DNA of 64,000 bases from an uncultured bacterium (GTDB lineage Bacteria > Fidelibacterota > Marinisomatia > Marinisomatales > UBA1611), in assembly GCA_965660855.1 (NCBI GenBank), contig CBFIBM010000005.1, positions 65,056-129,055 on the forward strand. The letters are read 5' to 3'. Positions 18,891 to 30,061 of the stretch are shown here, one piece after another; within the stretch, counting starts at the first letter, position 1, and every line of letters starts with the position of its first letter. Both the position numbers and the translations under genes were made by a program. The notes beneath the pieces are model-generated. The model did not search any database. It was not told the origin of the DNA and worked only from the letters and a program-made list of their open reading frames with translations.

Positions 18891-21860
18891 ATGGCAGATT
18901 TTTTTTTAGGAAATAAACATAAAATTGACTTTCAAGACCTCATGCCAAATCGAGTTCATGAGATTCTTCTGGTTGCGAGCCCGTATGATGCTTTTATTCT
19001 TGAGGAGGATGGTCATTTAACTGAACAGATTTTATCCGAATATATTGGTATGAATTTGAATTATGCACCTAGAGCAACTAGAGTCTCAAATGGTCAAGAT
19101 GCATTAGAAATTATCAAAAAAAAGAAATTTGATCTCATTATTGTAATGCTAAGAATTGAAGATCAAGATCCCATAACTTTAGGTGCTGCTATAAAAGAAA
19201 TTTATCCAAAAAAACCTGTGGTTCTTTTAGTTTTTGATGAAACTGAACTAAAACAATTACCTAATCTTATATCTCCAAAATCAATAGATCGTATATTTAT
19301 TTGGTCTGGAGATGCCAGCGTTTTCCCTGCGATAATTAAATATGTTGAAGATAGAAAGAATGCAAAACAAGATATCTTAAAAGGTGATGTTCGTTCTATT
19401 TTACTTGTTGAAGATTCTCCAAGAATGTATTCAATCTTGCTTCCTTTAATTTACAGAGAAATTATGTACCAAACTAAAAATCTTATAAATAGAAGTTTGA
19501 GTGAATCAAGTAGACTGCTTCATCTTCGGGCAAGACCCAAAATTTTACTTACTCCAAATTATGAGACCGCTCAAAACTTTTTTAAAAAATATAAGCAAAA
19601 TATGGTTGGTATCATCTCTGATGTACGTTTTCCTAAAAATGGTATTAAAAATGCCAATGCAGGTCATGAATTAGCCGAATGGATTCGAAAGAGTGATCCT
19701 TCTATTCCGATCCTCTTACAATCAACTGATATGAAAAATAAAGCACTCGCAAGCAAAAATTCTACAGATTTTTTACACAAGAACTCACCAACCCTTCTTA
19801 ATGATTTAAGGCAATACATAATTGAAAATTTTGGTTTTGGAGATTTTATTTTTCGAACTAAAAAAACAAAAGAAATTGATCGAGCTTCAAATATTAAAGA
19901 ATTGATACGGTTAATAGAAACTGTTCCCGAAGAATCTCTTTTCTTTCACGCAAAAAGACATCATTTTTCTAATTGGCTAGCTGCTAGAACAGAATTTGAC
20001 TATGCGTCAAAACTAAGACCTATCTTAGTAGAAAATTTTCAAGAAGGTGCGGTATTGAGAAAATATTTACTAGATAAAATCAAAAAAAATCCTCATTCAT
20101 CTTTTAATAATATCGTAAGATATAATTCACATGATAATCAACCCGAGGAACCTAATTTTATACGATTATGTGGAGGGTCATTAGGTGGAAAAGCAAGAGG
20201 CTTAGGATTCGCTACTTCTCTTATAAGTAATTCAAAATTAGCTAACAAGTTTCATAACACGTTGATAAAAGTTCCAAAATTTTCAGTTATTGCAACAGAT
20301 GAATTTGATCGATTTATGAAGGATAATGTGCTCTGGGAAAAAGCGCTTTCAATAAAAGATGATAAAAAACTAGAAAAAATTTTTATCAAAGGAAACTTAT
20401 CTATTGATTTAATGCTAAAACTTGAATCTTTTATTGAGGAAAATAAAAATCCTCTTGCTGTCAGGTCATCTAGTTTATTAGAGGATTCTCAATATCAACC
20501 ACTAGCAGGAACATATGAAACATATATGCTTCCAAATAATTCAAGATCAAAAAAGAAGAGATTTAATGATTTGATAAAATCAATCAAACTTGTTTATGCA
20601 TCCACATTTAAAGGAGAAGCAAAATCACTGTTGAGTAATACAGCACATAGGATTGAAGAAGAAAAAATGGCTGTTATTCTACAAGAAATATCAGGGAAAA
20701 CTTATAACAAAGAAAGATTCTACCCTACATTTAGTGGAGTTTTAAAAAGTATCAATTATTACCCAGTTTCGTATATGAAGCGTGAAGAAGGAGTTGCATA
20801 TTTATCATTGGGATTTGGTCGTACGATCGTAGATGGAGAAAAATGTTTAAGGATATCACCCAAATATCCTTCTATACTGCCTCAATTTTACTCTATCAAA
20901 GCTACGAAGGAAAATACACAAAATCACTTTTATGGTCTTTCATTAAATGCAAAAAAGAAGCTGGATGACGACCTCCAGCATTATTCATTAAAAGTTGCTG
21001 AGATCGATGGAGCATTAAAATGGGTAGGAAGTGTTATTTCTCAGGAAGATAGTATTCTTAAAGACACATTGAACATAAATGGGACTCGAATTATTTCATT
21101 TGCACCTGTTTTAAAATGGAATTCAATTCAACTAAGTGAGATCGCAAATGAGATGTTAAAAATTGGAAAAAAAGCATTGGGGTGCCCTGTTGAAATTGAA
21201 TTTGCTGTTAATCTGAATAAAAAAAGATTGCATGAATTCTGTTTATTACAAATTAAGCCCATTGTACTAACTGGTTTACATAAAAATTCTTCAAAGAAGA
21301 GTTATGAAAATATATTTTGTAAGAGCTCGATAACTCTCGGTGATGGTAATATTACTAACATAAATAATTTCATTATTGTTAGACCAACCACTTTTGATAT
21401 ATCAAAAACAAAAGAAATATCAAAAGAAGTCAATGAAATAAATAGTCAATTTTCTATCAATGAGAATTATATTATATGTGGGCCTGGTAGATGGGGTTCT
21501 GCTGATCCATGGCTTGGTATTCCAGTAAATTGGAAACAAATTTCTCAAGCAAAAGCTATCATTGAGATAGGAAGGGATGATCTTCCTATAGACCCCTCTT
21601 TTGGAAGTCATTTTTTTCAAAATATTACAAGCTTACATGTTGCATATTTTACTATTAATAATAAGAATAAAGATGACTTACTTGACTTACATTGGCTTCA
21701 AGAAAAAAATCTCTATAAAAGAATGAAGTTTATTGATTGGTATCAATTTGAAGAGGAATTCACCATAAACTTAGATGGAATGTCAGGTTTTGGAATAATA
21801 CAAAAACCAGAAAAACCAAAAATTGAGATTATGGATGAGGAGGAATCATCAGGAATTTAA
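18891..21860 (+). CDS. Receiver-domain / PEP-synthase (PPDK N-terminal ATP-grasp)-like fusion protein
   Basis: Two receiver-like domains (second: ILLVEDS...IISDVRFP), then GSLGGKARGL, LAVRSSSLLEDS..AG.YET and PVEIEFA, and C-terminal GPGRWGS..PWLGIPV / PSFGSHFFQN. Confidence 0.85.
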   Translation: MADFFLGNKHKIDFQDLMPNRVHEILLVASPYDAFILEEDGHLTEQILSEYIGMNLNYAPRATRVSNGQDALEIIKKKKFDLIIVMLRIEDQDPITLGAAIKEIYPKKPVVLLVFDETELKQLPNLISPKSIDRIFIWSGDASVFPAIIKYVEDRKNAKQDILKGDVRSILLVEDSPRMYSILLPLIYREIMYQTKNLINRSLSESSRLLHLRARPKILLTPNYETAQNFFKKYKQNMVGIISDVRFPKNGIKNANAGHELAEWIRKSDPSIPILLQSTDMKNKALASKNSTDFLHKNSPTLLNDLRQYIIENFGFGDFIFRTKKTKEIDRASNIKELIRLIETVPEESLFFHAKRHHFSNWLAARTEFDYASKLRPILVENFQEGAVLRKYLLDKIKKNPHSSFNNIVRYNSHDNQPEEPNFIRLCGGSLGGKARGLGFATSLISNSKLANKFHNTLIKVPKFSVIATDEFDRFMKDNVLWEKALSIKDDKKLEKIFIKGNLSIDLMLKLESFIEENKNPLAVRSSSLLEDSQYQPLAGTYETYMLPNNSRSKKKRFNDLIKSIKLVYASTFKGEAKSLLSNTAHRIEEEKMAVILQEISGKTYNKERFYPTFSGVLKSINYYPVSYMKREEGVAYLSLGFGRTIVDGEKCLRISPKYPSILPQFYSIKATKENTQNHFYGLSLNAKKKLDDDLQHYSLKVAEIDGALKWVGSVISQEDSILKDTLNINGTRIISFAPVLKWNSIQLSEIANEMLKIGKKALGCPVEIEFAVNLNKKRLHEFCLLQIKPIVLTGLHKNSSKKSYENIFCKSSITLGDGNITNINNFIIVRPTTFDISKTKEISKEVNEINSQFSINENYIICGPGRWGSADPWLGIPVNWKQISQAKAIIEIGRDDLPIDPSFGSHFFQNITSLHVAYFTINNKNKDDLLDLHWLQEKNLYKRMKFIDWYQFEEEFTINLDGMSGFGIIQKPEKPKIEIMDEEESSGI

Positions 21861-21900
21861 ATTTTAATAGCATTCAAAGAAAATTTTAATTAGGTTATTT

Positions 21901-23274
<1,374 letters not shown>

Positions 23275-23510
23275 CTACTAAACCAGATTTCATTTGTAAT
23301 AGAAAAATTAATTTGTTTAAAAAATTTTATTTTATCAAGTTTACTTTTCATTGAAATATACTTTTAAAAAGAACTATTAAAACATGATTTAAATACCTAT
23401 ATTTTTTTTTATACACTAGTTGTTATCTTATTTTTTTCATATAATTCGTATTAATTTATCGCGTTGTATTTTTTACTTTTTTGATTTATTCAAAAAAAAT
23501 AAATTCTTAT

Positions 23511-23584
23511 GGCGGAGTAGCTCAGCTGGTTAGAGCACCGGAATCATAATCCGGGTGTCGGGAGTTCAAGTCTCTCCTCCGCTA
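23511..23584 (+). tRNA. tRNA with CAT anticodon (probably elongator tRNA-Met)
   Basis: GGCGGAGTAGCTCAGCTGGTTAGAGCACCGGAATCATAATCCGGGTGTCGGGAGTTCAAGTCTCTCCTCCGCTA. The 1-72 positions pair and there is no GGG/CCC anticodon stem, so it is not the initiator. Ile2 cannot be fully excluded by eye. Confidence 0.93.
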
Positions 23585-23602
23585 CGCAAATTTATCGATG
23601 AG

Positions 23603-23628
23603 AAACCCGTTATTTTGACGGGTTTTTT
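23603..23628 (+). terminator. Intrinsic terminator after the tRNA
   Basis: AAACCCGTTA-TTT-TGACGGGTTT hairpin ending in a T-run. It may also serve the convergent 88-aa gene. Confidence 0.8.
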
Positions 23629-23636
23629 GTCACCCT

Positions 23637-23903
23637 CTATTTTTTCTTTTTATATTTTTTCTTTAAATCTTTTAATCGAACTTTATAAGATTTTCTCAAT
23701 ATTTTTTTTTCTTTCTTAAACTTAGTTTTTAGATCATTTAATTCTTCATTGTATTTATTCTTAAGTACATCTATCTCCATCTGAAATTCGGGGTTATCAA
23801 CCTTAATCTCGAGAAATTTAGCTTCTTTTTGAAATTTTTGGCTAATTTGCTGTGCTTGAACAGTCACAAATATTGTTATTAAAGCTATTATTTTACATTT
23901 CAT
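23637..23903 (-). CDS. Small basic secreted hypothetical protein
   Basis: Signal peptide ending VQA|Q; Lys-rich helical mature part. Confidence 0.6.
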   Translation of the reverse strand: MKCKIIALITIFVTVQAQQISQKFQKEAKFLEIKVDNPEFQMEIDVLKNKYNEELNDLKTKFKKEKKILRKSYKVRLKDLKKKYKKKK

Positions 23904-23990
23904 TAAAATCCCTTTTTAATTATTTATATGGAGAAAATTATTTATCATCTTTAAACTTTGTCTGTAGATTTATTAGGTAAAAATACTATA

Positions 23991-26450
23991 ATGTTAAAAA
24001 AATACCTTACTCTTTTTCTTTTTATTCTCTGTCATTCATGTGCTCCTGATATGCCAGAAGATGGTGATTTTATTAAGTGGACGACTACTTTAGATATTCC
24101 ACTCATAAATACGGATATAACTCTTAAAACCTTAGCGGATGATTCTTTAGTTACTGTGGAAAGTATTTCTGATTTTTTCCAAAATGGTAACGTTGATGAC
24201 TCTATTTATGTTTTTAATAAAAATATTAAAATAAGTAGTATTGAAGTGGGTGATAAATTAACGATGGACCCTATCACCAGTTCTTTTAGTCAAAATATTG
24301 ATGATATATCAGTAGAAAATATTGAAAAAAATATTTTATCAAGTGTAGGCACTATATCTCTAACCGATATTGAACCAGCAAACACTGATCCTTTTATTTT
24401 TAGTGAGATTTATCCAGAAATAAATGATGCTCCAAATGATAATATGATTGCTATTCCTAGTTTTCAAATTTTACCTATTATAAAACAATTTATATTTGAT
24501 GACTTTGATCAAGTAGAGTTTTCAGAAGGCATACTTGAACTCTCAATTACAAATAATATGATAATACCACTAGGTGCTCCGTTACTAATTGAGCTTCTAA
24601 AAGTTGAAATGAATGATACTGTAAGTATTGAAGGTCTAACTTTTCAGTTTGAGGATGTTATTAATGCAAATAACGGTAATGCATTGAAGATGATTGATCT
24701 GGCTAATATTTCTTTACCAGGTGAAATTCTTGTAAGAGTCTCAGGCAATTGCCAAGGAACTGCAGGGGTTGAAGTACTTATTAATGAGGAGTCAAAAAAC
24801 TCTAATTTTATTGTATCAATTAGTGCGAGAGATATAAAAGCAAATTCAGCTATTGCAAAAATTCCAGAGCAATCAATACAAGAGAACAGCTTTATTGAGC
24901 TACAGCCGGATTCGAATAAAGTTGTAAGTGCTTTAATCAAATCTGGAAGGTTGTTAATTGAAATTAATAATTATATGAACTTATCAAGTTCTTTGAATAT
25001 TCTTATTCCCTCCTTAAAGAATCCATCAGGAGAATCATTTACGACCTCTATCGAAATAAATTCAAATACAATTGGAATTACAGATACAAGAGACATAGAA
25101 TATTATTTATTGACCTTAGACCCAGAAGATCAAACTGTTTTATATTCCTATGACATTATGACTAATGATTCAGGAGATGATTTTATAGAAATAAATTCTG
25201 AAGATAGTATTGGAGTTAAAATAAAAATTGAAGGGGAGAATCAGGAATCAGGTCTTACTTTTTCTGAATTTACAGGTTACCTCAATCAAGATGCTATGAT
25301 TGATTCTAATACCATCAATATTGAGACTGCAACCAAAGTCGATGAGGCGATACTTAATTCAGGAAAATTAGAATTATCTATACTAAATGAAATTGGAATA
25401 AATGCAGTTGTAAATTTCTCGATAAATGAAATCACAAAAGATGGAAATTATTTAGATACTTCTTTTACTATTTCAAATCAGCCGATGGATATAATGATTG
25501 ATTTAAAAAATTATAATCTAAACTTGAATCTGGATTCTAACCCACAATTTTTGACTTACACTTCTTCAATTGATATACCCACTGAAAACCTAATATCTTT
25601 AGCTTTTGATAATTCAATTTCTATTGATGTCTATCTTGATAGTATTTCTTTTTCACAGGTTAGTGGCTATATAGATCCAGTTGATGTTATAATTGACAGC
25701 ATTCAAAAAAATATCGATCTTCCAAATCAGTTAGAAAACCTTGATTTTTCAACAATTAAAATGGATTTTTCTTTCAATTCTAATTTAAACCTACCTATTC
25801 ATTTAGATTTAGAACTCTTATCAAGTAATGATGTAACAGGAGAAATATTTTCAAAGACAATTAATACTGTAAATATCACTGAAACTCCTGAGTTCTCAGT
25901 TCAAGGATTAGAAGAATTAATTAATATTAAGCCTAACAAAATTATAGCGTTTGGATCTGCTAAAATTGGATCAATTGATGATTTTGGATCAATTTCAATT
26001 TCTGATTCATTAAATGGCTCTATAAATATTCTTGCACCTTTTTCATTTGAAATAAAAGAAGATAGTAATATTAAACTCGAACATGAAAAGCTAGATGCAA
26101 TTAATATTGACGATTTAGTTAAGGCTAAGGTTTTTGTCGATTATGAAAATAATTTAGATTTAGGTGCAAACATTATTGTTTTAACTGCAACAGATACTAC
26201 TCTATTTGAAAATTTTATGGCCGATACACTTCTAGAGTTTACCCTAGAGCCTTCCAAAGCCAGTAAAGATAGTATCATACTTGATAAGTCATCGTTAGAG
26301 CTTTTATCAAAAGATAATAATTATATTGAATCTAACTTTAAACTATTAAGCCTTGATGATGAACCCTCTCGTTTTTTATCGACAGATACAATAAAATGTT
26401 CAATATATCTCAATACTGAAATTCTATTAGATCTCAATTCAGAAGAATGA
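23991..26450 (+). CDS. Large acidic beta-rich lipoprotein, unknown function
   Basis: Likely start at ATG 23991 (MLKKYLTLFLFILCHSC, lipobox-like). Rich in I/N/S/D with beta-strand patterning; overlaps the next gene by ATGA. Confidence 0.7.
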   Translation: MLKKYLTLFLFILCHSCAPDMPEDGDFIKWTTTLDIPLINTDITLKTLADDSLVTVESISDFFQNGNVDDSIYVFNKNIKISSIEVGDKLTMDPITSSFSQNIDDISVENIEKNILSSVGTISLTDIEPANTDPFIFSEIYPEINDAPNDNMIAIPSFQILPIIKQFIFDDFDQVEFSEGILELSITNNMIIPLGAPLLIELLKVEMNDTVSIEGLTFQFEDVINANNGNALKMIDLANISLPGEILVRVSGNCQGTAGVEVLINEESKNSNFIVSISARDIKANSAIAKIPEQSIQENSFIELQPDSNKVVSALIKSGRLLIEINNYMNLSSSLNILIPSLKNPSGESFTTSIEINSNTIGITDTRDIEYYLLTLDPEDQTVLYSYDIMTNDSGDDFIEINSEDSIGVKIKIEGENQESGLTFSEFTGYLNQDAMIDSNTINIETATKVDEAILNSGKLELSILNEIGINAVVNFSINEITKDGNYLDTSFTISNQPMDIMIDLKNYNLNLNLDSNPQFLTYTSSIDIPTENLISLAFDNSISIDVYLDSISFSQVSGYIDPVDVIIDSIQKNIDLPNQLENLDFSTIKMDFSFNSNLNLPIHLDLELLSSNDVTGEIFSKTINTVNITETPEFSVQGLEELINIKPNKIIAFGSAKIGSIDDFGSISISDSLNGSINILAPFSFEIKEDSNIKLEHEKLDAINIDDLVKAKVFVDYENNLDLGANIIVLTATDTTLFENFMADTLLEFTLEPSKASKDSIILDKSSLELLSKDNNYIESNFKLLSLDDEPSRFLSTDTIKCSIYLNTEILLDLNSEE

Positions 26451-28279
26451 TTATTCGTAACAAATACCTTTATTTAAGTTTTTTACTTTCAACTATTATT
26501 TATAGTCAACAATTTATATCATCGCCAACTGAGCTTGCAACTTCTGGAGCATTTCTTGGAGGAAGACTAGGTACTAATGCAATACATTCAAACCCTGCAC
26601 TCCTTGGAGTTAAAACAGGTGACTTAGTTGAACGATCTCTAATAGATACATTTAGTGTATCATATAGTGTAAAACTTGCAATTTCTGATAAAAAATCTGA
26701 TTTGAAAATTCTACGTGACGTTCTTATCAAGAAAGAGTTTTATGAAGAATATAAAATTTCTAAAAAAGATTCTTTATTTATACTGAAAGCAAACGGATTT
26801 AATACTTCAATAGCCGCATACAATTTTTCGATTAAATTACCTGTTGATATACCATTAAAAGTAATTATATCTGATACAACATGGGAAATAATCGAGAAAC
26901 CCTTAGTTAAATATAGAATAAAGTTATTTTCCACATTAGAAAAAGACACAGTAAAGTTTTATAAGAAAGTATTAAAGGAAAAACTAAAAGATTATGAGAG
27001 CAGTATAATCAAAACAGACTCCCTTTATCAGTACTTTTTGAATGTATCTAATTCAGAAGAAGAAGCAATCATATTAAAAAATAGCCCTACAATTCAAAGC
27101 ATGTTTCAGAACCCTTCAGTAGACTTTTTCTACAATTCTATTCCAGAAGGATTTTCTCCCGACTTAAGTATAACATTTCCATTACGATTTTCGATCGGTG
27201 TTGAAAATAATCATGTCAATACAAATTGGTTCAATAAATATATCAGCGCTGATATGGTTGAAAATCCATCAATTAAAAGCAATTTTATAAAAAATATACC
27301 TTCTTCAGGAATAAGTGGATCTTTGTATACAAATACTTCAGCATTGGAACTGACTTATCACAATTTTGGTATGTCTTTGTTTAATGTTCATACATTTTAT
27401 AAAATGAATCTACCAAAAGAATTGTCGAAGATTATTTTTGAGGGTGTTCAATTTGACGAACCAAAAGATATCTCAAATTTTGATGCAAGAGCTTTAGTTT
27501 ACAACGAGACTGTTTTTTCTTATGGAAAAAAGGTTTCCTTTAAAAAAATCCCGTTTAATACATATTTAGGTATTGGAGTTCGATATTACAGTGGGCTTTT
27601 TTCTTATACAGAATCTTATACAGGTATTATCAGTACAAAACAAGATAGCATAAATATTTATTCAGACATAAATATAATATTAAATAAACCCAATAATATC
27701 GCTTCTGGTCTAGGTTTAGATTTAGGAATTTATAGTAAAATAAATGGAAAGTTTTCAGCGCAGGTAAGCTTAATTGGACTTGGGAGTACTTTAAAAAGTA
27801 AAAAGGTTGATAATATAAAAAATATAAATAATATTTCTATTTCTAATAATGACATAAGTGAAATTATCGATTATAATTCTACCCAAAATGATTCAATAAC
27901 AAATAGTTTTTCAATTCTTGATACTACCGAAATTATTAGAAACATATCAATAGATCTCCCTACTAGTTTGAATATTGCAACTAGCTATATTTTATCTAAT
28001 AATTTTCATATGAAAGCAGCATACAAACATATTGTAAGAACAAATTTTGCAGGTCAAATAAACCCTGAAATTTCATTAGGAGTAGAAATATATCCCAATA
28101 AACCTTACCCATTATTAACCGGAATCTCGTTTGGAGGTGTAAATAAAATAACTTTTGGAGCAGGATTTGGATTAAATATTAAAAGACTATTTTTTAATTT
28201 TTCAATAAATCAGTATGGTGGCCTTTTTAATTATGCGAAAGGATTTAATGTCGCATCAGAATTTCAATTCCTTTTTTAA
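26447..28279 (+). CDS. Putative outer-membrane beta-barrel (DUF5723/FadL-like) with an N-terminal inserted region
   Basis: Signal peptide; LATSGAF...AIHSNPALLG motif; GLGLDLG and GIGVRYYSG amphipathic strands; terminal EFQFLF (BAM-type Phe). Confidence 0.65.
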   Translation: MIIRNKYLYLSFLLSTIIYSQQFISSPTELATSGAFLGGRLGTNAIHSNPALLGVKTGDLVERSLIDTFSVSYSVKLAISDKKSDLKILRDVLIKKEFYEEYKISKKDSLFILKANGFNTSIAAYNFSIKLPVDIPLKVIISDTTWEIIEKPLVKYRIKLFSTLEKDTVKFYKKVLKEKLKDYESSIIKTDSLYQYFLNVSNSEEEAIILKNSPTIQSMFQNPSVDFFYNSIPEGFSPDLSITFPLRFSIGVENNHVNTNWFNKYISADMVENPSIKSNFIKNIPSSGISGSLYTNTSALELTYHNFGMSLFNVHTFYKMNLPKELSKIIFEGVQFDEPKDISNFDARALVYNETVFSYGKKVSFKKIPFNTYLGIGVRYYSGLFSYTESYTGIISTKQDSINIYSDINIILNKPNNIASGLGLDLGIYSKINGKFSAQVSLIGLGSTLKSKKVDNIKNINNISISNNDISEIIDYNSTQNDSITNSFSILDTTEIIRNISIDLPTSLNIATSYILSNNFHMKAAYKHIVRTNFAGQINPEISLGVEIYPNKPYPLLTGISFGGVNKITFGAGFGLNIKRLFFNFSINQYGGLFNYAKGFNVASEFQFLF

Positions 28280-28320
28280 TATTCTCCAATCATCATCCAT
28301 TATCAATCTTTTCTATTCAT

Positions 28321-28659
28321 TCAGCCAATCGCCTCTTTACCCTTTTCCCCAGTCCTTATTCTTATACATTCTTCAATTGGTAAAATAAAAATTTTACCCC
28401 TACCACCGTCTTTTTTTGCGACATTTGTAATTGCTTCAATTGCAGCATCTACATATTCGTCATTTAAGGCTATTTCTAATTTCACCTTTTTTAGTAATGT
28501 TACTTGATGGGATACACCTCGGTAAACTTCATTAATTGGAATCTCTCTTCCTTGTCCTCTAGCACTAGAGATAGTGAATTTGTAAATTTTTCTTTTTAAT
28601 AACTCTTCCTTTATCTCAGGAAGTTCTTCAGGTTGAATTACTGCCATAATTAATTTCAT
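28321..28659 (-). CDS. glnK: PII nitrogen regulatory protein (GlnK-like, next to amtB)
   Basis: 112 aa; G.GR, YRG T-loop, KVKLEI, GKIFILP, IRIRTGE.G.EAI. Confidence 0.9.
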   Translation of the reverse strand: MKLIMAVIQPEELPEIKEELLKRKIYKFTISSARGQGREIPINEVYRGVSHQVTLLKKVKLEIALNDEYVDAAIEAITNVAKKDGGRGKIFILPIEECIRIRTGEKGKEAIG

Positions 28660-28696
28660 TTTTACCTCTTTAAGTTTTATTTGTTTTGAAAGTCCA

Positions 28697-28729
28697 AATC
28701 TCCGATAAATGTATAATTTATCGGAGATT
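28697..28729. terminator. Perfect 14-bp inverted repeat between amtB and the PII gene
   Basis: AATCTCCGATAAAT-gtata-ATTTATCGGAGATT. It is followed by ATTTTTT on the + strand and only a weak T-tract on the - strand. Confidence 0.65.
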
Positions 28730-28753
28730 ATTTTTTCATGACCTTTCTTTTAA

Positions 28754-30049
28754 TTATTCTACTGTTGTTACTTCAAAGCCAGCATAAGACTCCATCTCAT
28801 GCTCACTTAAGTCTAGACCTTTAAGCTCATCCTGCTCAGATACTCTAAGTAAATCAAATGATTTAAGAGTATAAAAGACACCAAACATGGTTACAAATGC
28901 CCAGATAGGAATTATTAGACTACCTATTATTTGAGCATCCATTGGGTGTCCACCAAAAATACCAGTGGCAATTCCACCCCAGATACCACACAAACCATGA
29001 ACTGGCCATGCTCCAACAGGATCGTCAATTTTATATTTATCCAATATCATGATTCCTAGTACAACTAAAATACCTGCAAAAGAACCTATGATTATAGCCT
29101 CGTAATTTGTAACGGAATCACAGTTAGCTGTAATTCCAACTAATCCCGCCAAAGCCCCATTCAGAGCCATTGTTAAATCTGGCTTACTGAAAAGCACCCA
29201 TGCAAAAATCATTGCAAAAACAGCTCCTGCTGCTGCTGAAAGTGTTGTATTAGCAGCAATTAACATTACAGCATGAACATTTGTTGCTCCTGAAATTAAT
29301 AACTGACTCCCTGGATTAAAACCATACCATCCAACCCATAATATGAATACACCAAGTGCAGATATAGCAAGATTGGATCCAGGCATTGCGTTTGAAGAAC
29401 CATCTTTATTAAATCTACCAACTCTTGGTCCCAAAACAATTGCTCCAGCCAAGCCAGCAAACCCACCAACAGCATGAACAACTAAAGAACCCGCAAAGTC
29501 ATAGAATCCCATTGCATCTAAAAATCCGCCCCCCCATTTCCATGCGCCACTGATTGGATAAATAAAACCAGTAAGAACTACAGTGTAGACTAAATAGCCT
29601 ATAAACTTCATTCTTCCGGCAACTGCCCCAGAAACTATTGTTGCAGCCGTAGCGGCGAAAGCAACTTGGAATAACCAATCAACTTGAGGATCAAGTGCTC
29701 CAGGAGCAATGCTTGTACCTTCTTGGCTTACACCAATGCCTGCAAATCCGAAGTAACCATTAAAGTCACCTGGATACATTATTCCATACCCAAAAATATA
29801 ATAGAGCAAAACGCCTAGTCCTAAATCCATAATATTTTTAAATAATATATTTACTGTATTTTTAGTAGCGTTTAATCCAGCCTCAAGCATTGAAAATCCT
29901 GCTTGCATAAATAGAACCAGTACAGCGCAGAAAAATAAAAACATATTATCTATAGCAAATGCATTTTCATTTACAGTTAATCCGTCTGCTGATAATGTAG
30001 TTGTTAATGATAGAAATGATAGAAATAATAAAAATAGTTTGAATTTCAT
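28754..30049 (-). CDS. amtB: Ammonium transporter
   Basis: MQAGFSMLEAG, FQVAFAATAATIVSGA, DFAGSLVVH, WYGFNPGS, DDPVGAWPVHG (both pore histidines present), GLDLSEH. Confidence 0.97.
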   Translation of the reverse strand: MKFKLFLLFLSFLSLTTTLSADGLTVNENAFAIDNMFLFFCAVLVLFMQAGFSMLEAGLNATKNTVNILFKNIMDLGLGVLLYYIFGYGIMYPGDFNGYFGFAGIGVSQEGTSIAPGALDPQVDWLFQVAFAATAATIVSGAVAGRMKFIGYLVYTVVLTGFIYPISGAWKWGGGFLDAMGFYDFAGSLVVHAVGGFAGLAGAIVLGPRVGRFNKDGSSNAMPGSNLAISALGVFILWVGWYGFNPGSQLLISGATNVHAVMLIAANTTLSAAAGAVFAMIFAWVLFSKPDLTMALNGALAGLVGITANCDSVTNYEAIIIGSFAGILVVLGIMILDKYKIDDPVGAWPVHGLCGIWGGIATGIFGGHPMDAQIIGSLIIPIWAFVTMFGVFYTLKSFDLLRVSEQDELKGLDLSEHEMESYAGFEVTTVE

Positions 30050-30061
30050 TGAAAGGCTCCT

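Noticed and set aside
23511..23640. tRNA-Met (and tRNA-Leu) as possible integration sites of an island
   Set aside because: I saw no integrase or transposase, no duplicated tRNA 3' end and no obvious composition shift.
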